From contig CBDCTH010000012.1 in the NCBI GenBank assembly GCA_965222155.1, forward strand, positions 3,008,001-3,072,000: 64,000 nt of DNA, written 5' to 3'. This DNA is from Gammaproteobacteria bacterium (GTDB taxonomy: Bacteria; Pseudomonadota; Gammaproteobacteria; Eutrophobiales; Eutrophobiaceae). The notes below the pieces were generated by a model that saw only the letters and a program-made list of their open reading frames with translations, was not told the DNA's origin and did no database searches. Below are positions 32,739-42,840 of this stretch, piece after piece. A program made the position numbers and the translations under genes. Numbering within the stretch: position 1 is the stretch's first letter; each line of letters starts with the position of its first letter.

Positions 32739-33308
32739 ATGAAAAGGATTAACCTCACCAAGGCAGAGATTGAAAGCGGCTTGTCACGCCTGGATGAATT
32801 GGCGCGAGCAGAACATCGCACGGTTGAAATTGCGATTTACGGTGGCGCGGCCATTATGCTGGCATGGGATATGCGTGCCGTGACCAATGACGTGGACGCA
32901 ATCATCATGGACGCCAGAAACAATGACTTTGTCTGGCAAGCGGTAAAACAGATCGCCCGGGAAAACCGCTGGCACGAAGACTGGTTTAACGATGCCATTA
33001 AGGGATATATTATGGGATTCTGTCACATGGAAGAATTGCCTTTCTTTCCGGATAATGAGGAAGGCGGGCTACGCCTCTATGTGCCCAACCCGGAGTATTT
33101 CCTGGCCATGAAGTGTATGGCGATGCGTTTGGGCCAGGAAGGAAAACAGGACGGCGAGGACGTTAAAAATATATTGCGCATGTTGAATATCACTTCGCCT
33201 GAGGAAGTATATGATATTGTCGAGAAATACTACCCGCGCAACCTGATATTGCCCCGGGTACAACTTGGGATTCAACAACTGATTGAAGAGATGAGAGATG
33301 AGATTTGA
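32739..33308 (+). CDS. Pol-beta-superfamily nucleotidyltransferase (DUF6036/AbiEii-like)
   Basis: IYGGAA...R..T.DVD motif, W.ND, LAMK, D.ED. Confidence 0.7.
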   Translation: MKRINLTKAEIESGLSRLDELARAEHRTVEIAIYGGAAIMLAWDMRAVTNDVDAIIMDARNNDFVWQAVKQIARENRWHEDWFNDAIKGYIMGFCHMEELPFFPDNEEGGLRLYVPNPEYFLAMKCMAMRLGQEGKQDGEDVKNILRMLNITSPEEVYDIVEKYYPRNLILPRVQLGIQQLIEEMRDEI

Positions 33309-33783
33309 TTCAAAAGGCTTTCGCCCTGATTGCATTGCCGATATTCTGCCTCATGCCCGTCACCGGGAAGCCCAGGGGATGGATTTTTCCCAGGCTTTCG
33401 GTATGGCCTGGTGCGAATATCTGGATGCTTTCTACAATATGGGAGATGAACAAAGGGCTGAATCCCTGCAGGATGAACCAGCCAGGATCAATCCTGTCAA
33501 GGATGCCAAATTAGCGGCGACCGCGGAACACCTGGCCCGCAATTTCCGCCTGCCGCTCCCGGCCTGGACTCAACAGCCGGGGCGCTTCCTGAAAAAACCG
33601 GTCTTTGCCAGTGGGGACATCATGAAGGGTTTGCTGCTAAGGGAATCCCCCACGGCGTTTCGCCGGCACGGACTCTTCGTCACCGGCAACGCCCTGACCC
33701 GGGCTTCCATGCTCAAGGCCAAACCCAACCACGGCAAACCCATACCGGTACCGGCGCTGGCCAACATGTCAGTTTTTGAGTAA
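33298..33783 (+). CDS. Hypothetical partner of the nucleotidyltransferase
   Basis: 161 aa; overlaps the upstream gene; DEP...DA.LAA.AEHLA....P.P.W...ESP.AFRR.G.F pattern. Confidence 0.65.
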   Translation: MRFDSKGFRPDCIADILPHARHREAQGMDFSQAFGMAWCEYLDAFYNMGDEQRAESLQDEPARINPVKDAKLAATAEHLARNFRLPLPAWTQQPGRFLKKPVFASGDIMKGLLLRESPTAFRRHGLFVTGNALTRASMLKAKPNHGKPIPVPALANMSVFE

Positions 33784-33826
33784 GTGTATTCCTTGAAAAT
33801 CTATGGAGCTTACAGGAGCGCAGACA

Positions 33827-33857
33827 ATAAAAAAGGGTCTTGACGACCCTTTTTTAT
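33827..33857. terminator. Bidirectional intrinsic terminator
   Basis: ATAAAAAAGGGTC-TTGAC-GACCCTTTTTTAT between convergent genes. Confidence 0.85.
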
Positions 33858-33875
33858 GCAACTTGTAATATGTTA

Positions 33876-33950
33876 TTACTTGTTGTTGATGTACATCGTG
33901 ACTTCGAAACCGAAGCGGATGTCGCTGTATTCAGGAGTTTGCCAGTTCAT
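33876..33950 (-). CDS. pqqA: PQQ precursor peptide PqqA (stand-alone, below ORF-track cutoff)
   Basis: Manual translation MNWQTPEYSDIRFGFEVTMYINNK* (24 aa, W..P, RFGFE, ExxxY); GGAGG RBS; own terminator. Confidence 0.93.
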   Translation of the reverse strand: MNWQTPEYSDIRFGFEVTMYINNK

Positions 33951-34005
33951 TTTACTTCCTCCAATTGGTTGATATTAAGGGTTAAAACTTTGTTGCCTAT
34001 ATTAA

Positions 34006-34021
34006 TGCAGGTTCTGTGCCA
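34006..34021 (-). promoter_or_regulatory. Sigma-54 (-24/-12) promoter for pqqA
   Basis: Minus strand TGGCAC-AGAAC-CTGCA (GG-N10-GC); IHF-like TATCAGTTAGTTA at 34061-34073. Confidence 0.7.
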
Positions 34022-34137
34022 GAATTCGGTAAATTTTAATTAATCCTGAAAGTCGTTATATATCAGTTAGTTATAAATACATAAAGCGAAATGCGAAAAT
34101 CAGCAGTGCGGGCATGGTTCATAAAAACTGGTTGTAA

Positions 34138-35046
34138 TTATTCACAATTTTGGTTGTTGCCGACCATTTCCGGAAACACCTCCTCACCCTGGAACACCGG
34201 GCCATCCACGCAGACCCGCCGCATGGAGACCGTGCCGTTTGTATAAACGGGCACCGTACAACCGGCGCAGCCGCCTACAGCGCAGGCCATGTATTCTTCC
34301 AGTGAAACCTGGCAGGGCAGGACAAATTCCCTGGCCAGAGCGGCAACGGCCTGCAACATGGGCGTCGGTCCGCAACTGAATATCTCGACCTGCCGGCGTT
34401 GTTCCGCGCTGAGGCCGGCCAGCCACTGCCTGGCCAGGTCGGTGACGAAACCGTCATAACAACCGGGATAACCCTGCTTGCTGGTGAGGCGACTGGCAAT
34501 GCCCCAGTCCTCCAGTAACGGCATGCAGGCGATTGCGTCGCCCGGGACTCCCTCGACCATGATGCGCGAGGGCCTGGGGTTAAAGGGAAAAGGGATCTCG
34601 GAACCCATGATTACGAAGGGGTTCACGGTTTTTGCCTGTTTCATCATGTGCTCGGCGAGGAACACCATGGGGGGGATGCCCACCCCGCCGCCGATTAGCA
34701 GGGGGACACTTCGATAACTGTGCTGTTTGAACGGGTTGCCGATGGGGCCCAGCAGGTTGATCCTGTCGCCGGTCCGGGTCCCTGCCAGTTTTTCCGTACC
34801 CAGGCCGTGAACCTTGTACAGAATATCAATCCAGCCGGCGTCGGGGTCTGCACGCATGATCGACATGGGGCGGCGCATGGGCAGGTCTTCATGGCAGCGC
34901 AGGTGGATAAAGCTGCCCGGCAAGGCCCGTTGCGCCGTAGCGCCGGCTGCCAGGCGCAGGAGGTGCTGGCCGGCGCCCAGCGCCTGGTGTTGCAGGACCG
35001 CGGCGTCCTCGACAAAAATGCTGTCGCGGCTATCCGGATGTGGCAT
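34138..35046 (-). CDS. pyrK: Dihydroorotate dehydrogenase electron transfer subunit
   Basis: RRPMS, GGGVGIPP, CGPTPM, MACAVGGCAGC...RVCVDGPVF 2Fe-2S motif. Confidence 0.88.
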   Translation of the reverse strand: MPHPDSRDSIFVEDAAVLQHQALGAGQHLLRLAAGATAQRALPGSFIHLRCHEDLPMRRPMSIMRADPDAGWIDILYKVHGLGTEKLAGTRTGDRINLLGPIGNPFKQHSYRSVPLLIGGGVGIPPMVFLAEHMMKQAKTVNPFVIMGSEIPFPFNPRPSRIMVEGVPGDAIACMPLLEDWGIASRLTSKQGYPGCYDGFVTDLARQWLAGLSAEQRRQVEIFSCGPTPMLQAVAALAREFVLPCQVSLEEYMACAVGGCAGCTVPVYTNGTVSMRRVCVDGPVFQGEEVFPEMVGNNQNCE

Positions 35047-36326
35047 TAAACAGTGTCCTGGAACGCCAGTTTACCGTCGACAATCGTATGGGTGATTTTT
35101 CCGTTCATTTCCCAGTTGTCGAAAGGCGTGTTTTTTCCGGCGCTGACTAATTTTTCTGCCTCGACGGTCCACTGCCGGTTCTCATCGAAGATGAACAGGT
35201 CGGCCCGTGCGCCGCCGGCCAGGCTCCCCGCGTCGATGCCTATGATGGAAGCAGGCCGGCAGGTAAGGGCTTGCACGATTTGTCCCGGGCTGAAACCGCG
35301 GGCAGCAGCCAGGTTGAACGCCAGCGGCGCCAGGACTTCCAGTGTGGATGCGCCGGGCTCGGTGCTGCTGAAAGGCGCGGCTTTGGCGTCTTCATCGTGG
35401 GGTTGATGGTCTGAACAGACGGCGTCGATGACGCCGGAGTGCAACCCGTCCAGCAATGTCTGCCGGTCCCGGTCGGTACGCAGGGGCGGCCACAGACGGC
35501 ATTGGGAATTAAAGCCGTCAACATCGACCTCCGTCAGATACAGGTACGCAATGCCGGCATCCGCCGTGACCGGCAGTCCCTGCTGTTTTGCCGCGCCGAT
35601 CAGTTCCACGCTACGTGCGCAGGACAAGCGACAGAAATGCGCGCTGACCCCGGTCTGTTCAATCAATAACAGGGCGCGGCTGATAGCTATCGTCTCCGCG
35701 GTTTCCGGGATCCCGGGCAGACCCAGGCGTGTGCTGATCCTGCCCTCGTGCATAACGCCCTGGTTTCTCAGATAACTGTCTTCCGGATGGATAAACACGG
35801 GCAGGTCAAAACCAACAGCGTATTCAAGCGCGCGCCGCAGTACTTCCGTGTCCACAATCGGCTTGTCGGCATTGGACAAACCGACACAACCGGCTTGTTT
35901 GAGGGCCGCCACTTCCGTTAATTGCTGACCGTCCAATCCTTTGGTCAGCGCGCCTAACGGATATATTCGCGTCTTGTTGAGCCGCGATTGACGTTGATGG
36001 ATAAATTCAACAACCGCCGGGGTGTCAGTTACCGGCCGGGTATTCGGCGGACACACCATACTGGTTACGCCGGAGCGGACGGCCGCCTCTGTTTCAGTGG
36101 TGATCGTCGCCTTGTGCTCGAATCCCGGTTCGCGGGTATGTACGCTCAGATCGACAATCCCCGGACATACGTACTGTCCGTCCAGAGAGATTTCAAGATC
36201 CGCGCTGAATCCATCTATGTGCTTGCCGGCAGAGACTATCCTGCCGTCCGCGATGTACAGATCGCCTTGACCGTCAAGCCGCTGCGCGGGACAGATCAGG
36301 TGACCGTTGCTGATGGCTATACGCAT
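35046..36326 (-). CDS. pyrC: Dihydroorotase-like protein, probably the inactive PyrC' subunit of ATCase
   Basis: PGIVDLSVHTREPG (first His of DxHxH replaced by Ser), SDHQPH, KNTPF; coupled to pyrB. Confidence 0.88.
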   Translation of the reverse strand: MRIAISNGHLICPAQRLDGQGDLYIADGRIVSAGKHIDGFSADLEISLDGQYVCPGIVDLSVHTREPGFEHKATITTETEAAVRSGVTSMVCPPNTRPVTDTPAVVEFIHQRQSRLNKTRIYPLGALTKGLDGQQLTEVAALKQAGCVGLSNADKPIVDTEVLRRALEYAVGFDLPVFIHPEDSYLRNQGVMHEGRISTRLGLPGIPETAETIAISRALLLIEQTGVSAHFCRLSCARSVELIGAAKQQGLPVTADAGIAYLYLTEVDVDGFNSQCRLWPPLRTDRDRQTLLDGLHSGVIDAVCSDHQPHDEDAKAAPFSSTEPGASTLEVLAPLAFNLAAARGFSPGQIVQALTCRPASIIGIDAGSLAGGARADLFIFDENRQWTVEAEKLVSAGKNTPFDNWEMNGKITHTIVDGKLAFQDTV

Positions 36327-37306
36327 CAGTCACCTCCCTTTGAGGCGTCGGTTGCGGCGCCCATGACCATGGCCATGACCGCCATGCGTATGGCTATGCC
36401 GTGGCTGACCTGTTGCAGGATAACCGACCGATCCCCGTCGGCAACCTGCGAATCAATCTCTATTCCCCGGTTGATTGGGCCGGGGTGCATGACGATCACA
36501 TCGGGTTTGGCCACGCGCAGGCGTTCCTCGGTGAGGCCGAAACAGTGGAAATACTCCTCTTCGCTGGGAAGGACGGCATTGCCGATGCGTTCCCGCTGCA
36601 GGCGTAACATGGCGATGACGTCCACGTCGTACAGCCCCTCGGTTAAATCATGAAATACCTGCACCCCCAGACTTTCGATGTTTTCCGGGAGCAGGGTTTT
36701 GGGCGCGATGACGCGAATATCGCTGACTCCAAGTATGTTAAGCGCATGGATTTCCGAACGGGCAACCCGCGAGTGGGCAATATCCCCGACAATAGCCACT
36801 CGCAAGGACTCAAAATCCGGTTTATGCCGACGTATGGTGAACATGTCCAGCATGGCCTGGGTCGGGTGGGCATGACGGCCATCCCCCGCATTGATTACAT
36901 GGACATTTTCCGCCACCTGGCCGGCTATGAAATGCGCGGCGCCGCTGTTGCCGTGGCGCACCACGAACAAATCGCAATGCATGGCTTCCAGGGTGTGCAG
37001 GGTATCATGCAGGGTTTCGCCTTTGTTGGTGGCCGATGTGGCGATGTTGATATTCAACACATCAGCGGACAAGCGTTTGGCTGCCAACTCAAAAGTTGTA
37101 CGAGTCCGGGTACTGGATTCAAAAAACAGGTTGGCTACGGTCTTGCCGCGCAATAACGGCACTTTTTTAACGGCGCGTCCGCTTACGCTGGCGAAGGATT
37201 CGGCATAATCAAGGATACTTGTCAGAATTTGACGACTAAGGCCTTCCGTCGTCAGGAAATGTTTGAGGCGCCCGTGCTGGTCCAGTTGAATAGGGTGATC
37301 CGTCAT
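36326..37306 (-). CDS. pyrB: Aspartate carbamoyltransferase catalytic subunit
   Basis: [34 protein letters not shown]. Confidence 0.97.
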   Translation of the reverse strand: MTDHPIQLDQHGRLKHFLTTEGLSRQILTSILDYAESFASVSGRAVKKVPLLRGKTVANLFFESSTRTRTTFELAAKRLSADVLNINIATSATNKGETLHDTLHTLEAMHCDLFVVRHGNSGAAHFIAGQVAENVHVINAGDGRHAHPTQAMLDMFTIRRHKPDFESLRVAIVGDIAHSRVARSEIHALNILGVSDIRVIAPKTLLPENIESLGVQVFHDLTEGLYDVDVIAMLRLQRERIGNAVLPSEEEYFHCFGLTEERLRVAKPDVIVMHPGPINRGIEIDSQVADGDRSVILQQVSHGIAIRMAVMAMVMGAATDASKGGD

Positions 37307-37812
37307 TCTGTCGTCGTGACCTCCAGCGCCAGGGGTTCCGGGCCGGAGAGTTTAACGTGCTGGTTAACTTCAAGATTGAGATGTTTTCCGGTCACGTCAG
37401 CCTGTATGGGTAACTCCCTGCCGCTACGGTCCACCAGTACCGCCAGGCAGATACTCGCCGCCCTGCCGTAGTCGAATAATTCATTCATTGCCGCGCGCAC
37501 GGTGCGGCCGGTAAAAAGTACGTCATCGATTAAAATCACGTGACGGTCTGTGATATCGAACGGCAGGCTGGAAGGTGTGACTTGCGGGTGCAGGCCGATC
37601 CGACTGAAGTCGTCCCGGTAAAATGCGATATTCAGTTTGCCGAGAGGCACGGTGGAGCCGAACAGTTGGTGCAACCGTTGTGCTATCCATACACCTCCGC
37701 TGTGGATCCCGACAAACAGGGGATCATATATATTGTATTTTTCCAGGTATCGTTCCAGATCGGATTTCATCGTTTGGAGCAGTTGCTCTACGTCGATATT
37801 ATTTGCCGGCAT
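37303..37812 (-). CDS. pyrR: Pyrimidine regulatory protein/UPRTase
   Basis: [29 protein letters not shown]. Confidence 0.95.
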   Translation of the reverse strand: MPANNIDVEQLLQTMKSDLERYLEKYNIYDPLFVGIHSGGVWIAQRLHQLFGSTVPLGKLNIAFYRDDFSRIGLHPQVTPSSLPFDITDRHVILIDDVLFTGRTVRAAMNELFDYGRAASICLAVLVDRSGRELPIQADVTGKHLNLEVNQHVKLSGPEPLALEVTTTE

Positions 37813-37830
37813 AGTTTATCTGAACGTTCT

Positions 37831-38271
37831 CTACTCATCGGTTATTATATCATTTTTTGGCTTCTCCGGATTTTCCTGCAGCCATCCTTCCAGGATAACC
37901 TGAGCCGCGACATGATCGAGAGGTTGCTTATTTTGTTGACGGGCTCGTGCCTCGACAGTGGAAAGCCGTTCATCGGCGCGCAGTACGGGGAGTCGGTAAC
38001 GTCCTTGCAGTTTTCCGGCGAATTTATCGGCGTCAGTTGTGATCAGTTGACGGCTGCCGTCAATATTCAATGGATTCCCTACCAGCAGGACCTGTGGCTG
38101 CCATCGTTTGATAAGCGCACCGATCCGTTGCCAATCCGGGCGGTTGTTACGGACGGAGATGATTTCCAGAGGGGTGGCCGTATCAGTCAGCGTCTGACCC
38201 ACTGCCACACCAATTCTTTTTGTACCGAAATCGAAACAAAGCAGGGTGGCAGGTTCTGACACATGCATCAA
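37831..38271 (-). CDS. yqgF: Pre-16S rRNA nuclease YqgF (RuvX)
   Basis: DFGTKRIGVAVG, DERLST, D.VAA.VILE. Confidence 0.93.
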   Translation of the reverse strand: MMHVSEPATLLCFDFGTKRIGVAVGQTLTDTATPLEIISVRNNRPDWQRIGALIKRWQPQVLLVGNPLNIDGSRQLITTDADKFAGKLQGRYRLPVLRADERLSTVEARARQQNKQPLDHVAAQVILEGWLQENPEKPKNDIITDE

Positions 38272-38828
38272 GCGTGCCCGAAGCCGGTTGATATCTGGTG
38301 ATGATCGATGCCCAACAAAGCGGTTGCCGAGGACCAGCGCAGTTCACAAGGGGTGTTGAAAATGATTTCCAAATCCGCGGACACGTTCAGCCAGACGTTT
38401 TCCTTTATTTCCTCTTCCAATTGTCCGGCTGTCCAGCCCGCGTAACCCAGAGCGATAAGGAAATTTTGCGGTCCTGCGCTTTCCGCGATGGCAAGTAATA
38501 TATCCCGGGAAGTCGTCACGCCCAGAGCATCACTCACACTGATCGAAGAATCCCATTGATTGCTCGGCTCGTGCAACACGAAGCCCCGATCGGTGTGTAC
38601 CGGCCCACCTTGATAAACCGGCATCTTTTCAATGGTTTCATTCTCCGGTTTCATCTGCATCTGTTGCAGGATTTCGCCCAGTTCGCAATTTGCCGGGCGG
38701 TTGATCACAAGACCCATTGCGCCGTCATCATTGTGTGCACAGATGTATGTAACGGTTTGAGAAAATTTGGGATCTCTCAGGCTGGGCATAGCAATGAGAA
38801 ACTGATTTGTGAAGTTACTGACTTGCAT
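38268..38828 (-). CDS. yqgE: YqgE/AlgH family protein
   Basis: FLIAMP, GAMGLVINRP, GGPV..DRGFVLH, GYAGW..GQLE. Confidence 0.93.
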   Translation of the reverse strand: MQVSNFTNQFLIAMPSLRDPKFSQTVTYICAHNDDGAMGLVINRPANCELGEILQQMQMKPENETIEKMPVYQGGPVHTDRGFVLHEPSNQWDSSISVSDALGVTTSRDILLAIAESAGPQNFLIALGYAGWTAGQLEEEIKENVWLNVSADLEIIFNTPCELRWSSATALLGIDHHQISTGFGHA

Positions 38829-39044
38829 AAGTCACCTCAGAACACAGTAATGGCGCCATGAAGTCCAATTGGTTCGTGCGACAAATGCCTGCCCGGATAT
38901 GTTCCTGATGACATGTGAGATCCGGAAACCATAACTGTAATAGTATCCGTATCAGCAGCAGAAAGCCACCTCGAAATAATAAAAGCCGACTTTATTTCCT
39001 GTTTCAAGAGGGCCAACCTTTATCCACAGGCGTATCAGTTCGGG

Positions 39045-39947
39045 CTACCTGAAACCGCGCTGATCCAGAAACTGCCAGGTCCTGGTAATGTGCAGAACAT
39101 CGGTTTCCGCGCGGATCGCCTCGGGGAAATCCGCATACGGCGCCGCCAACTCGACAATCCTGATTGCGGCGTCATCCAGTACCTTATGGCCCGAGGAACG
39201 ACGGACGGTAATTTGATTTATTTTGCCGTCCGGGTTCAACGCCACGTCCAGCACCAGTTGTCCGGAGATTTTGCGCTTTCTGGCTTCCTCCGGGTAATTC
39301 AGGTTCCCCAAGCGTTCCACTTTTGCGCGCCATGCCTCCATGTAGGCCGCATATTTGTATTCACGGGTACTGGCCGATATGAATGTCCTTTTCGGACGCT
39401 TTGCTTTGGTCTCCAGCTTCCGTTTTACCTCCAAGCTCAAAGCAGCCATCCTCAGGCTGTTGCTCAGTAATTCACTGGCGCTGGGGTGGTTTGGCCCGGG
39501 TTTGACCGGGCTTTCCTCCAGTGCGGCTGAAGTTTTTTCCACCGCGACAGCCAGGTGCTCAACAATTTCCTGCGCAGGCGCTGGTCCGGGATCGGTTATT
39601 TCAGGTTCGGCAGGCGATTCTTGCGGTTGTGTTTCGACCGGCGCGGCAACTTCAGTTTGATCCTCAGGTGGTAGAAACGGCAGCGGTGAAGCCGGGGTAA
39701 ACTTTTCTGAGACATCTCCTCCCCCGCGCAGGTTGGCCTGGGCAAGGACGTCGGCTTCTTTTGCCGGTTCACTGGATTGTTGTACCAGCACGACCTCCAT
39801 GGACTCATAGCGCGGGTTGACTTTATCTTCCGGTGCAAAAACAATCCCCAGGATGATCAGGGCATGAAAGAGTAAGGCAAGACAAAACGTCAAGCTCAGC
39901 CTGTCATCAGGTGTCAGCTCCGGGCGAATTGCGACAGAGTTGCTCAA
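39045..39947 (-). CDS. TonB family energy transducer
   Basis: N-terminal TM with His, Pro/Glu-rich linker, C-terminal SSG...LD.AA...ITRTW domain. Confidence 0.88.
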   Translation of the reverse strand: MSNSVAIRPELTPDDRLSLTFCLALLFHALIILGIVFAPEDKVNPRYESMEVVLVQQSSEPAKEADVLAQANLRGGGDVSEKFTPASPLPFLPPEDQTEVAAPVETQPQESPAEPEITDPGPAPAQEIVEHLAVAVEKTSAALEESPVKPGPNHPSASELLSNSLRMAALSLEVKRKLETKAKRPKRTFISASTREYKYAAYMEAWRAKVERLGNLNYPEEARKRKISGQLVLDVALNPDGKINQITVRRSSGHKVLDDAAIRIVELAAPYADFPEAIRAETDVLHITRTWQFLDQRGFR

Positions 39948-40894
39948 GACGGCAGCCGCAACTTTTCGGCAATGCAGTCCATTACCGACCCTGAAATATC
40001 ATTGCCGTAGAGTCGTTCCAATTCCCTTACGCAGGTCGGACTGGTAACGTTGATCTCCGTCAGGTAGTCGCCGATAACGTCCAAACCGACGAAAACCAGT
40101 CCCATTGAGCGCAACCTCGGCCCCACCTGTTGGCAGATCCAATAGTCCCGTTCGGACAGGTCAACGCCCTTGCCGGTACCTCCCGCGGCCAGGTTCCCGC
40201 GTATATCGCCGGATTTAGGGATGCGCGCCAGCGCATGTTCCAGCGGCCGGCCGTCAACCAGCAGAATGCGTTTATCCCCCTGTTCAATTGCCGCCAGGTA
40301 TTGTTGCGCCATAATAAAGCTTTGCGAGTTCCGGGTCAGGGTTTCCACGATGACGTTCCTGTTCGAGTCTGCCTTATCAACACGGAACACAGAGGCGCCG
40401 CCCATGCCATCCAGAGGCTTGAGTACAACCTGCCCGTGCTGTTCCAGGAAAGCGTGTATCTGCTGCGCATTACGGCTGATCAGGGTGGGCGCTATACACT
40501 GAGGAAATTGGGTGATAAAGGCCTTTTCATTAACATTACGCAATGCAGCCGGATCGTTGACGACAAGCGTTCCGCGAGCTGCTGCGTGTTCCAGGATATA
40601 GGTCATATAGATGTATTCCATGTTAAAGGGGGGATCCTTGCGCATCAGGATTACATCCAAATCCGAGAGTGCCAGCTCAGTCCGCTGTTGCAATTGATAC
40701 CAGTCGTACGCATCATCCGCGACCGTCATGACGCGGGCGCTTGCCCGCGCCGTGTTACCAATGAGATAAACATCGCCCATCTCCATATAATGTATTTCCC
40801 ATTCCCTGCGCTGAGCCGCGAGCAGCAATGCCAGAGTCGTGTCTTTTTCGACCTTGATCCCGGCTACAGGATCCATGATTACGCCCAGTTTCAT
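39944..40894 (-). CDS. gshB: Glutathione synthetase
   Basis: MRKDPPF, KPLDGMGG, GDKRI, RGNLAAGG, EINVTSPT. Confidence 0.96.
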   Translation of the reverse strand: MKLGVIMDPVAGIKVEKDTTLALLLAAQRREWEIHYMEMGDVYLIGNTARASARVMTVADDAYDWYQLQQRTELALSDLDVILMRKDPPFNMEYIYMTYILEHAAARGTLVVNDPAALRNVNEKAFITQFPQCIAPTLISRNAQQIHAFLEQHGQVVLKPLDGMGGASVFRVDKADSNRNVIVETLTRNSQSFIMAQQYLAAIEQGDKRILLVDGRPLEHALARIPKSGDIRGNLAAGGTGKGVDLSERDYWICQQVGPRLRSMGLVFVGLDVIGDYLTEINVTSPTCVRELERLYGNDISGSVMDCIAEKLRLPS

Positions 40895-41126
40895 CTGAAA
40901 AACCCCGGCAAAGTTGAATAAATGTCGTCTACCCTGTTAGTGTATCCAGATTGTATGGGAGGTCAAAGCCCTTATACACGGTAGACGGGCCCACCATAAA
41001 GTCGCCTGGCCCGGCAATACCATTCCGGACTTGACCGGGAAGCCGCAAACGAAGGGAAACATATGGAATGTGAAGGCGCTTTTGGAAATGACATAACACG
41101 TTGAAACTACGGAGAAATATGGGTTA

Positions 41127-42065
41127 ATGACCGGTTCAGGCTTACGCATTGTTAGCAGAGAAAGTCCCCTGGCCTTGTGGCAGGCGCAATACGTGCGCGC
41201 GCGCTTACAGGATATGCATCCCGGCCTGAGCGTCGGGATAAAGACCGTAAAGACGCTCGCCGATCGATTTTTGCACAAATCACTGGCGCAAATGGGCGGC
41301 AAAGGCGTGTTTGTCAAAGAACTGGAGCAGGCACTGATGAATAATGAGGCCGACCTGGCCGTTCATTCAATGAAGGACGTGACGGTAGACCTGCCCGCCG
41401 GCTTATCAATTACAGTGATCATGCAAAGAGAGGACCCGAGGGATGTATTGATAGCAAACCGCTACTCGTCCCTGGCCGAATTACCGGCCGGCGCTAACAT
41501 CGGGACGTCCAGTTTGCGCCGACAGTGCCAACTCAATGCAGCTTACCCGAGGCTGGCCCTGCAGGACATTCGCGGCAATGTGGGGAGCAGGCTGGAAAAA
41601 CTGGATAACGGGACATATGATGCGCTGATTCTTGCAGCCGCCGGGATGAAACGGCTGGGCAAGGAGGGCAGGATCAGCTTTTACCTTGACGTGGATGACA
41701 TGCTGCCTGCCATAGGACAGGGCGCGCTGGGAATTGAAACCAGGACAGACGATGCCCAGGTTTTACAGCTTGTCCGGCCCTTGAACCACGAACCGACCCG
41801 GGTGTGTGTGAGTGCGGAGAGAGCCTTGTCCCGGACACTCTATGGGGGCTGTCACCTGCCGCTTGCGGCGTATGCGGAAATTTCCGGTGCGGTGCTCTCC
41901 ATGACCGCGCTGGTGGGTTACCCGGACGGTTCCAGGGTAGTGAAAAACAGGATCGCCGGCGCAGCGGACCGGGGCGAGAAGCTCGGGCATGAATTGGGGG
42001 AACAGTTGCTGCAGCAGGGAGCGCGGGATATCCTGGCTGAGGTTATGGGCAATGCAGGGCAGTGA
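41127..42065 (+). CDS. hemC: Hydroxymethylbilane synthase
   Basis: R.SPLALWQA, GKGVFVKELE, VHSMKD, GTSSLRR, GGC. Confidence 0.96.
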   Translation: MTGSGLRIVSRESPLALWQAQYVRARLQDMHPGLSVGIKTVKTLADRFLHKSLAQMGGKGVFVKELEQALMNNEADLAVHSMKDVTVDLPAGLSITVIMQREDPRDVLIANRYSSLAELPAGANIGTSSLRRQCQLNAAYPRLALQDIRGNVGSRLEKLDNGTYDALILAAAGMKRLGKEGRISFYLDVDDMLPAIGQGALGIETRTDDAQVLQLVRPLNHEPTRVCVSAERALSRTLYGGCHLPLAAYAEISGAVLSMTALVGYPDGSRVVKNRIAGAADRGEKLGHELGEQLLQQGARDILAEVMGNAGQ

Positions 42066-42837
42066 TCCGACCCTGTCGGGCAAAAAAGTCTGGGTAACAA
42101 GGCCCGCACAGCAGGCGGCTGAACTCTGCAGAGTGATTAAGGAAAGGGGAGGCGCGCCGCTGAATTTACCGACCCTGGTCATCCGGCCTGTCCCGGATGA
42201 AGACCGGATAGTAGAAAACCAGCGGCGTCTGGCAGATGCGGATATCGTCATCTTTATCAGCAAAAATGCCGTTGTCCATGCCATGGCCCTGTTCCCGCAT
42301 ATTGTCGATGTATTACAGCAAAAGACCGTCCTTGCCGTCGGGCGGGCAACAGCCGGTACTTTGCTGGCTCTGGGACTCAAGCGAGTCGGGCATATCGACA
42401 ATGGCGGAAGCGAAGCCTTGTTGCAGATGCCGGTATTGTCCGGGACGGAAATAAGGGATAAACGGGTTGTTATTATGCGCGGCCAGGGCGGCCGCGAGGT
42501 ATTGCGGGACAGCTTGCTTGGCCGTGGCGCCGGCGTGGATTACCTGGAAGTATACCGGCGCGATAAGCCTCATATAAGTCGGGCAGACATGGCGAAATTC
42601 TGGCATGATGAGAGACCGGATGCCGTGATCATCACCAGCCTGGCAGGGCTGGATAACCTGGTCGAGTTAATGCCGGCCGGCGCAAGCGAGCGCTTATATG
42701 GAACCGCCATAGTCGTGATGAGCGATCGAATAAAGCAACGCGCGTTGCACGCAGGGTTTCTTCGCGTAGCCGTAGCGACGGATAACAGCGATGCCGGCCT
42801 GGTTGATGCTTTGATGAACATGAACGAGAGCAACTGA
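42052..42837 (+). CDS. hemD: Uroporphyrinogen-III synthase
   Basis: VTRP, IFISKNAV, RGQGGRE, VYRR. Confidence 0.92.
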   Translation: MQGSDPTLSGKKVWVTRPAQQAAELCRVIKERGGAPLNLPTLVIRPVPDEDRIVENQRRLADADIVIFISKNAVVHAMALFPHIVDVLQQKTVLAVGRATAGTLLALGLKRVGHIDNGGSEALLQMPVLSGTEIRDKRVVIMRGQGGREVLRDSLLGRGAGVDYLEVYRRDKPHISRADMAKFWHDERPDAVIITSLAGLDNLVELMPAGASERLYGTAIVVMSDRIKQRALHAGFLRVAVATDNSDAGLVDALMNMNESN

Positions 42838-42840
42838 AAA

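Noticed and set aside
35046-36326. Dihydroorotase with a mutated metal ligand as a novelty
   Set aside because: Matches the known inactive PyrC' structural subunit encoded beside pyrB.
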